Assembly (NCBI GenBank): GCA_002418265.1
Contig: DIDS01000009.1
Coordinates: forward strand, 58,764-122,763
DNA length: 64,000 nt
Direction: 5' to 3'
DNA from: Acidimicrobiia bacterium UBA5794
GTDB taxonomy: Bacteria; Actinomycetota; Acidimicrobiia; Spongiisociales; UBA5794
Shown here: positions 58,030-64,000 of the stretch, piece after piece
Numbering within the stretch: position 1 is the stretch's first letter
Layout of the letters: each line of letters opens with the position of its first letter
Translations under genes and position numbers: made by a program
The notes under the pieces: generated by a model
Seen by the model: only the letters and a program-made list of their open reading frames with translations
Database searches by the model: none
What the model was told of the DNA's origin: nothing

Positions 58030-58932
58030 GTGAGCGACCCAAAGGACCCGTATAGCAGGGATCCGTTCGAGAACCCACCGGGGTGGACGGATCCGTATGC
58101 GGACATACCACCGCTGCCACCCCCGTCAGGTTTCCCCCCACTGGAGCCTCAACAACCCCCGCCGGGTCAACCGCCCGGTTCACCATTGCTCACCGGATTG
58201 ATCCTGGGGCTCTTGCTCGTGGCGCTCTCCGTTGCCGTGTTCCAGCTCTTCGGATCCGACGACACCGCCACGGCTGTGGCAACAACAACCACGACTGTTG
58301 GTGACGACACCACAACCACCGTGCCGGAAACCGACACCGACACCACCACGACAACGCCGACGACGGTTCCTTCGACCGATCCCTACCCGCCCGTGGAGCC
58401 ACCGATCCCTTCAGCCGACCTCAAGATGAGGACCGACGGACTTGGGGTGATGGACAACGACATCAAAGACATCGTCTTTGGAACGGAAGCTGACGTCGCG
58501 ATCGGTAGGCTGGTCGCCTCGTTTGGAGAACCCACCGACACGGGTTGGCAGACATCAACCGACCAATGGGGCGTGTGTGCAGGGGACCTTGAGAGGATCC
58601 TGACGTTCGAGACCTTCGCTGCAATTGTCACCAAGTCCGGTGGACAGGAAGTCTTCAACGGATACCGGAACGACATCAACTTCGGTGACATCAACGCAGC
58701 GCCTGCCGCCATCGAGACCTTGAGTGGGCTCAAGATCGGGGATTCGGTTGCTGATCTCAACAAGATTTATGAGAGCCAGGTTGTCACCTTCGGATCGGAT
58801 GCCAAACTCGGCTCGACGTACACCGTATCAAGCGCGGCAAACGGAACGGTCCTGCTGTGGGGTCCCGTCCAAGGAGAGGACGACTCGGATCGTATCATCG
58901 GTATCTATGCCCCGAACGTGTGCTCACGTTGA
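58030..58932 (+). CDS. Pro-rich membrane protein, paralog of the 54639 C-terminal domain
   Basis: Pro-rich N-terminus, one TM segment, Thr-rich linker. C-terminal domain LSGLKIGDSVADL...VLLWGPVQGEDDSDRIIGIYAPNVC. Confidence 0.5.
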   Translation: MSDPKDPYSRDPFENPPGWTDPYADIPPLPPPSGFPPLEPQQPPPGQPPGSPLLTGLILGLLLVALSVAVFQLFGSDDTATAVATTTTTVGDDTTTTVPETDTDTTTTTPTTVPSTDPYPPVEPPIPSADLKMRTDGLGVMDNDIKDIVFGTEADVAIGRLVASFGEPTDTGWQTSTDQWGVCAGDLERILTFETFAAIVTKSGGQEVFNGYRNDINFGDINAAPAAIETLSGLKIGDSVADLNKIYESQVVTFGSDAKLGSTYTVSSAANGTVLLWGPVQGEDDSDRIIGIYAPNVCSR

Positions 58933-58972
58933 CGAAGCATTCGCTTTCCCGAACCGGTTTACAATCCAAGCC

Positions 58973-59482
58973 ATGAAGCCGAACTACACCGCAGCACTCG
59001 TCATCGGTGGCGTGTCAGGTCTCGTTGTTTCTCTTGCCCTCTTCACGTTCTTTGCCGCGTCCGGGGCGGTTCCGTCCCTCACCGTCGAGGTTGATGGATC
59101 CGACATCGTTCCAACCTTCTCGGCGGCAGCCTCGGCTACCTGGATCATTGTCATCCTCTCAAGCATCGTCGGCGGGACCATCATCGCGATCTTGACCCGA
59201 GCTGTAGCACGGGTGATTGAGCCTGACGGGAGGTCGATGTCTCTTGGCGTGATCGCGTCTGTCGGAGCTGTTGTTGCGCCGTTGGTCGCGATGGTCATAT
59301 TCCCACTCGGTATCACCGTGCTGGGATCCATCAGCGACGGCCACGCCATCATTGGTGTTGCCGATCTTGTCATGCTCGCCGCCGTCGTGGGTTTGCTCGC
59401 AGGAGCGTCCGTTGCGTGGCTCTCCTACATCCTCGCCAGACCATCAACTCCTGCCGAGGATCCTGAGCTGCTTGCCGCGTAG
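58973..59482 (+). CDS. hypothetical 4-TM membrane protein
   Basis: 169 aa, four hydrophobic helices, no family recognised. Confidence 0.4.
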   Translation: MKPNYTAALVIGGVSGLVVSLALFTFFAASGAVPSLTVEVDGSDIVPTFSAAASATWIIVILSSIVGGTIIAILTRAVARVIEPDGRSMSLGVIASVGAVVAPLVAMVIFPLGITVLGSISDGHAIIGVADLVMLAAVVGLLAGASVAWLSYILARPSTPAEDPELLAA

Positions 59483-59810
59483 ATCTGACGTCAGACAACC
59501 CTGATCTGTCCCCCCGCAAGCGGGAGGACGGGAAGAGGGCGTGCGAGCCTGCGAGCCCCGTCTTCCAGCGGGGGACAGATTCGACGTCGGAAGCCCCCCT
59601 GCCCCTCGCTGCGCTCCTCGCGTCCCCCCGCAAGCGGGAGGACGGGAAGAGGGCGTGCGAGCCTGCGAGCCCCGTCTTCCAGCGGGGGACAGATTCGACG
59701 TCGGAAGCCCCCCTGCCCCTCGCTGCGCTCGGCGCGTCCCCCCGCAAGCGGGGGGACGGGAAGAAAAGGCGACGTCAGAAGCTGAAAGCCGGAAGCTGAA
59801 AGCTCCTAAG
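59483..59810. repeat. heptamer plus 2.3 tandem copies of a 114-bp REP/MITE-like unit plus GCTGAAAGC motifs (locus N)
   Basis: Units start at 59508, 59622 and 59736 (period 114). The core ttcgacgtcggaagcccccctgcccctcgctgcgctc-gcgtccccccgcaagcgggaggacgggaag is shared with locus E. The element ends with gacgtcagaagctgaaagccggaagctgaaagctc. Confidence 0.9.
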
Positions 59811-60138
59811 AGGCTTCGTGTTCGATCAGTACCGCCGTCATCTCACCGGATGCTGACGACTCGAAGGTGACCGTGACCCGCTGACCCGTCGTCACGTGAT
59901 CCCGAAGGTGAATGAGGGGGCCACCGTAAAAGAGCAAACCGGGTGCAGGCCGTAGCAGGTGACTGTTGCCATCGTTGTCCAAGATGACGAACGATTCGAC
60001 ACCAGTCAGGTCTCCGGTGACCTCAGTGACAATTCCCGATACCTGGTTATCCGCGAGTTCGTTTCCTGACGCACAACCGGTAGCGGCGACACCCCACAAA
60101 GCGATTGCCACCACTGTCCACGATGTGATTCTGACCAT
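59806..60138 (-). CDS. putative lipoprotein
   Basis: Signal plus lipobox (VAATGCAS). 110 aa. Confidence 0.45.
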   Translation of the reverse strand: MVRITSWTVVAIALWGVAATGCASGNELADNQVSGIVTEVTGDLTGVESFVILDNDGNSHLLRPAPGLLFYGGPLIHLRDHVTTGQRVTVTFESSASGEMTAVLIEHEAS

Positions 60139-60146
60139 CGCCCTTT

Positions 60147-60974
60147 TTACTCCAAGCCCAAGATTCCTTCGAGCTCTCCGTCCACGAGGACGCCTTCAAG
60201 CCGCGCTGTCACGATTCCCGAGTCGTCCATCACGAACATCCACGGTTCGCTGAGAAGGCCAAACTCGTTGACTGCAGGAGCCAAATGGTCTCCATCTGGC
60301 ACGAAACCCGGCTCGTTGAAGCCCTCGTACACCTCGATGTGGACAAAGTTGACATCGGGAGCCCGCGGCATCAGATCCTTCATTTGATTGAGCATTGGAC
60401 CACAGGTTGCCGATACGCAAAAGGCAGGTGTTGCAAACAGCACGACCGTCTGATGGCCGTTTTGGAGCACATCATCGAGTGAGGATTCATAGAGGGACAA
60501 GACCGGATCGTCGTCGGTCGTGAGATCCTCAATCGGTGTATCAGCAAGTGTGCGAGTGGCGACGAGGGGTGCTGGCTCACCGATGGCGACGGAAGATGGT
60601 GACTCTTGGATGTCGACCAGGAACGGCTCAGTCGGCTCTCCCGTCGAGATGGAGAAGTCGATTTGCCACAGACCGGCAGAATCGAAGGGCACCGTTGCTC
60701 GGTACACCCCAATCGAGTCCTCGACGATCCAGGTGAAGTCGGCCACCGATTCGTAGGAACGGTTGGGCTCGTTGAGGGGAGACGCTACAACCGTGACAAC
60801 CTCGTCGGGTGAGCCCCTGCGCGTTCCGTCAACCTCATTGACAGCAAAGAGCAAACGTGAGTCTCCAACCGCCGAATCCGATGAGACCCGTAGGCCAATG
60901 AGCGGCTCAGTGTCAGACGAGCAAGCCCCTGCAACAACCGCAACGACAGCAACAACGAGGAGGAGACGTTTCAT
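60147..60974 (-). CDS. putative lipoprotein with C-terminal thioredoxin/Sco-like CxxxC domain
   Basis: MKRLLLVVAVVAVVAGACSS lipobox. C-terminal FATPAFCVSATCGP resembles Sco/TlpA-type motifs. The family call is tentative. Confidence 0.45.
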   Translation of the reverse strand: MKRLLLVVAVVAVVAGACSSDTEPLIGLRVSSDSAVGDSRLLFAVNEVDGTRRGSPDEVVTVVASPLNEPNRSYESVADFTWIVEDSIGVYRATVPFDSAGLWQIDFSISTGEPTEPFLVDIQESPSSVAIGEPAPLVATRTLADTPIEDLTTDDDPVLSLYESSLDDVLQNGHQTVVLFATPAFCVSATCGPMLNQMKDLMPRAPDVNFVHIEVYEGFNEPGFVPDGDHLAPAVNEFGLLSEPWMFVMDDSGIVTARLEGVLVDGELEGILGLE

Positions 60975-61017
60975 GTTTGGAACGCTACTGGTCTGTCGCG
61001 TAACTGATGCCAGACGC

Positions 61018-61578
61018 CTATGGTGTGGCGCTTCCCGTGCCAAAGGAATGCCAGACCTCGAGGAGTCCATCCCACAGTTCCCCGAGTGCCCACCACAAGA
61101 TCACCAACATCACCAATAGTGCGACGGTTGTTGCAATACCTCGAGCCCAGCCGATCCACGAATCCTTGGTGGCGAACAGCGCGTTCCACATGTCTCCGAA
61201 GAGCCCAGCTGATGTCTTGCTTTGTGACTGTGTATCGGGCCCGGACTCCGCCACCGGGACAACAACGGGTTGCTCGAGGGTTGGAGGTCGCTCGTCGCCT
61301 CCAGCAGTGTGTGGACCGGTGTCGTCGAATTCGGCAAGGGAAGGTCGCTTTGCCTCAAGCACGCCAATTTCAACTCCGAGGACGTCTGCAAGTGCGGGCA
61401 TGACGGTGATTGCTGGGGCAACCTCATCCCTCTCCCAACGTCTCACAGACGAGGATGAACGGCCGATGGACGCGGCGAGCTGGCCAAGCGACATGCCCTT
61501 TTTCAGCCGTGATTCTCGAATGAAGCGCCCAAGAGACGCGGAATCGTCCATGGTCGACATGGTATCGGCATTCTCCAT
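61018..61578 (-). CDS. XRE-family HTH protein with C-terminal TM anchor
   Basis: HTH_XRE (LKKGMSLGQLAASIGRSSSSVRRWERDE), a linker, then TM segment IATTVALLVMLVILWW. Confidence 0.55.
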   Translation of the reverse strand: MENADTMSTMDDSASLGRFIRESRLKKGMSLGQLAASIGRSSSSVRRWERDEVAPAITVMPALADVLGVEIGVLEAKRPSLAEFDDTGPHTAGGDERPPTLEQPVVVPVAESGPDTQSQSKTSAGLFGDMWNALFATKDSWIGWARGIATTVALLVMLVILWWALGELWDGLLEVWHSFGTGSATP

Positions 61579-61633
61579 TTCGGGATGGACCGGCGTCAGG
61601 TAGTGTTGGGCTCACAACCACGAAAGGATCCCG

Positions 61634-63457
61634 ATGCCACCCGATGTCGCCACACTTGCTGAGCTGTACGCACAGAGCGTCGCAGCGTTCCCTGACAACC
61701 CGTTGTTCGGGCAGCGAACGCCAGACGGATCGTGGGAGTGGATCACCTACCGGGAATTCGGTGAGGCAATCGACAAGGCCCGCGGCGGTCTGGCATCTCT
61801 GGGTGTTTCGAGCGGTGACAAGGTCGCGATCATCTCTGACAACCGACCCGAGTGGGCTGTTGGTGCCTACGCCACCTACAGCCTCGGGGCAGCATGGGTG
61901 CCGATGTACGAGGCGCAGACCCAGAAGGACTGGAAGTTCATCCTGAACGACTCAGGAGCAAAGGTTGTGTTTGTGGCGACCGACGGCATTCGTGCCCAGG
62001 TTGAGGAGATTCAAGACGAGATCGACACGCTTGAGACCATCGTCGTCATCGATGACCCCGCCGGTGGCAACGCATTGGACTACCTTGAACTCCTTGCACG
62101 GGGTAGCGAAAACCCAGCAACTGCAGCTGTCGTTCGGCCAGAAGATCTTGCCGGGCTCATCTACACATCCGGTACCACCGGAAATCCGAAGGGCGTGATG
62201 CTCTCGCACTCGAACATCACATCGAACCTGAACGCCGTCGCTGAAATCTTTCCGCTTGAGGAAGAAGATCGTTCCGCTTCGTTCCTACCGTGGGCACACT
62301 CGTTCGGGCAAACCGTTGAACTTCATGCATTGATCTTCTTCGGTTCATCAACAGGGTTGACCAGCGCAAAGACCCTGATTCGTGACATGCCCGAAATCAA
62401 GCCGACACTGCTGGTTGCGGTCCCTACCGTGTTCAACAAGGTCTACGACGGCTTGAACAAGCTCATGGCGTCCGAAGGTGGCATCAAGCAGAAGATGTTT
62501 GAGGCTGCGATGGCGAATGCTCAAAAGCGCAGCGAGATGGCCAAGCGTGGTGCAACGAGCCGGATGGTCGAGATCAAACATGGGCTCTTCGACAAGCTCG
62601 TGTTCTCCAAGGTGAGGGATCGATTCGGCGGAAAGCTCAGGTATGCATTCTCTGGCGGTGCCGCCATCTCAACGGAGGTGGCCGAGTTCATTTCCGCTGT
62701 CGGCATCGTGGTGTATGAGGGCTACGGGCTGACGGAGACCAGCCCGATCGCCACCTGCAACGTGAAGGGTGCACGGAAGGTCGGTTCCGTCGGGCGGGCA
62801 ATTCCGAAGGTGACCATCACGATCGATACCGATATCACCGGTGACAAGGAGATCGGCGAGATCATTGTTCACGGCCCGAACGTGATGATGGGCTACTACA
62901 ACCTCCCTGAAGCAAACGATGAGGTCTTCACCGGAGACGGCGGGTTTCGAACCGGTGACCTTGGACGCTTGGACTCTGAAGGTTATCTCTACATCCGGGG
63001 ACGTATCAAAGAGCAATACAAGCTTGAGAATGGCAAGTACGTAGTTCCCTCGCCGATCGAGGAAGCCCTGACGCTGTCGGGCTACATCTCGCAGGCGATG
63101 GTGTATGGAGAGCAACGTCCGTTCAATGTCGCAGTTGTCATTCCTGACTTTGAATACCTCGACAAGTGGGCGGCGGAGAATGGGCTGGGCGGATCCTCCC
63201 ATGCTGATCTCGTCAAGAACGAACGAGTGATCGAACTGTTCAAGACCGAGATCAACCGCGCACAGAGCGACATCAAGCACTACGAGCGTGTGCGGGACTT
63301 CATCCTCGGAACCGAGGAATGGACACCCGAAGGTGGCATGTTGACGCCGTCGCTCAAGATCAAGCGTCGAACGATCATGACCGAGTTTGGGAACCAGATC
63401 AATGACCTGTACGAAGGCGACGACCCCCTCCTCGGCCGGGACACACAAACGCGGTAG
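61634..63457 (+). CDS. fadD: long-chain-fatty-acid--CoA ligase (AMP-dependent synthetase)
   Basis: AMP-binding motif LIYTSGTTGNPKGVMLSH, YGLTETSP, and C-terminal PSLKIKRR. Confidence 0.85.
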   Translation: MPPDVATLAELYAQSVAAFPDNPLFGQRTPDGSWEWITYREFGEAIDKARGGLASLGVSSGDKVAIISDNRPEWAVGAYATYSLGAAWVPMYEAQTQKDWKFILNDSGAKVVFVATDGIRAQVEEIQDEIDTLETIVVIDDPAGGNALDYLELLARGSENPATAAVVRPEDLAGLIYTSGTTGNPKGVMLSHSNITSNLNAVAEIFPLEEEDRSASFLPWAHSFGQTVELHALIFFGSSTGLTSAKTLIRDMPEIKPTLLVAVPTVFNKVYDGLNKLMASEGGIKQKMFEAAMANAQKRSEMAKRGATSRMVEIKHGLFDKLVFSKVRDRFGGKLRYAFSGGAAISTEVAEFISAVGIVVYEGYGLTETSPIATCNVKGARKVGSVGRAIPKVTITIDTDITGDKEIGEIIVHGPNVMMGYYNLPEANDEVFTGDGGFRTGDLGRLDSEGYLYIRGRIKEQYKLENGKYVVPSPIEEALTLSGYISQAMVYGEQRPFNVAVVIPDFEYLDKWAAENGLGGSSHADLVKNERVIELFKTEINRAQSDIKHYERVRDFILGTEEWTPEGGMLTPSLKIKRRTIMTEFGNQINDLYEGDDPLLGRDTQTR

Positions 63458-63482
63458 TCGAGCCACGCTCGACCACTGCTCG

Positions 63483-63574
63483 CGGAGGCGGACGGGAATC
63501 GAACCCGCCAGGGAACTTTCGCCCCCTCGTCGGTTTTGAAGACCGCGACGTCCACCAGGCACGCAGTCGCCTCC
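63483..63574 (-). tRNA. selC: candidate tRNA-Sec (selC), anticodon UCA
   Basis: The reverse complement reads GGAGGCG-AC-...GGTCTTCAAAACCG...GGCGGGTTCGATTCCCGTCCGCCTCC-G. It has a 7-bp acceptor stem, a T-loop GGTTCGATTCC, a 7-nt anticodon loop CUUCAAA identical to E. coli tRNA-Sec, a long variable arm and is 92 nt in total. CCA is not encoded. Hand-folded only. Confidence 0.55.
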
Positions 63575-63623
63575 ATCCGGCAATGGTAGGGAACCATCAG
63601 GGGCCCAGGCACGGCGTCCTTGC

Positions 63624-64000
63624 CTAATTGTCGTCCCCGTCTGGTTTGGAATCGAAGCTCGGCAGGGAAAGGACCAGCAACTCAATCTTCCCGGTCTTGC
63701 AGTTGACTCTTCCCGTTCCAGAGACAACATCACCGTCCTCATTGCGCGCCGTAAGACCGAAGCCGACGAGGCGGTCGCCGGTACCGCCGTGATATCTCTG
63801 TGTTTCGAAGGTCAGCCGCAGGCCGTCGGCGAACCGCGAGTCAAGGTAGCTCAACAGCGTGCCGCGGATGCGCGCTGCCTCGCGCACCCGAAATGGCGGC
63901 TCCGTGTATCCGACGAAACCGGCTGTCGCGAACAGTGCGTCGGCGGACGAGGCGTCACCGTCGGACGTCGCCGTGAGGAATGCCGTCACGAGGCCCTCAG
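63624..64000 (-). CDS. hypothetical protein, 5'-truncated by the window edge
   Basis: The frame stays open to the window end. The last 121 aa (…GTGRVNCKTGKIELLVLSLPSFDSKPDGDDN) match no recognised family. It lies immediately upstream of, and co-oriented with, the candidate selC. Confidence 0.35.
   Translation of the reverse strand, partial: EGLVTAFLTATSDGDASSADALFATAGFVGYTEPPFRVREAARIRGTLLSYLDSRFADGLRLTFETQRYHGGTGDRLVGFGLTARNEDGDVVSGTGRVNCKTGKIELLVLSLPSFDSKPDGDDN

Noticed and set aside
61018-61578. XRE-HTH gene as the antitoxin half of a toxin-antitoxin pair
   Set aside because: The protein carries a C-terminal transmembrane anchor and has no small partner gene. The neighbours are lipoproteins in the same operon.
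63280-63612. Minus-strand ORFs (63082..63276, 63280..63612, 62669..63742) as genes near the tRNA
   Set aside because: They overlap the strongly supported fadD coding region or the tRNA-Sec candidate, and have an off-frame composition.

Overview
This is a high-GC, actinobacterial-type chromosomal segment. G+C is judged by eye at roughly two-thirds and was not computed. It carries about 55 protein-coding genes, no rRNA, and one candidate tRNA-Sec with a UCA anticodon. Gene content is housekeeping, envelope and transport, with no transposase, integrase, cas or phage genes.

Main gene content, in order:
- RecQ helicase, then an OmpR-type regulator and histidine kinase heading a translationally coupled operon (secreted His/Asp-rich protein, two small exported proteins, ApbE flavin transferase, ferric-reductase-like heme b membrane protein).
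- MFS transporter, tandem-GNAT (MshD-like) acetyltransferase, ABC-F ATPase, PepO M13 peptidase, NifU-like protein, ATP-grasp ligase, CFA synthase, deazaflavin (F420)-type nitroreductase.
- BMP-family nucleoside ABC transporter operon, split transketolase, SoxR with a canonical SoxR-box palindrome plus RarD, a HisA/PriA-like barrel, IF-1, a DUF2236 oxygenase, an ABC-2 exporter pair and an L,D-transpeptidase.
- Dienelactone hydrolase, M20 peptidase, DsbA-like protein and DeoD.
- An ECF sigma/anti-sigma pair divergent from an SQR / TusE-DsrC-like / DsrE-like sulfide-persulfide cluster, then MsrA, a ClC channel and ManC.
- A 772-aa HerA/DUF853-like ATPase, a group-2 sigma factor, LysE, cytochrome c, a BY-kinase-like/LCP envelope cluster with paralogous membrane proteins, and FadD.

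The most unusual signal is non-genic. At least 14 intergenic or 3'-end loci carry heptanucleotide microsatellites, (CAGAAGT)n/(CAGACGT)n and (GACCGAT)n, with up to 14 perfect copies, almost always in the same orientation on the top strand. Five loci carry a mosaic GC-rich, hairpin-rich REP/MITE-like element with 114- and 170-bp units that are tandemly duplicated and found in both orientations. Several gene 3' ends and stop codons lie inside these repeats.
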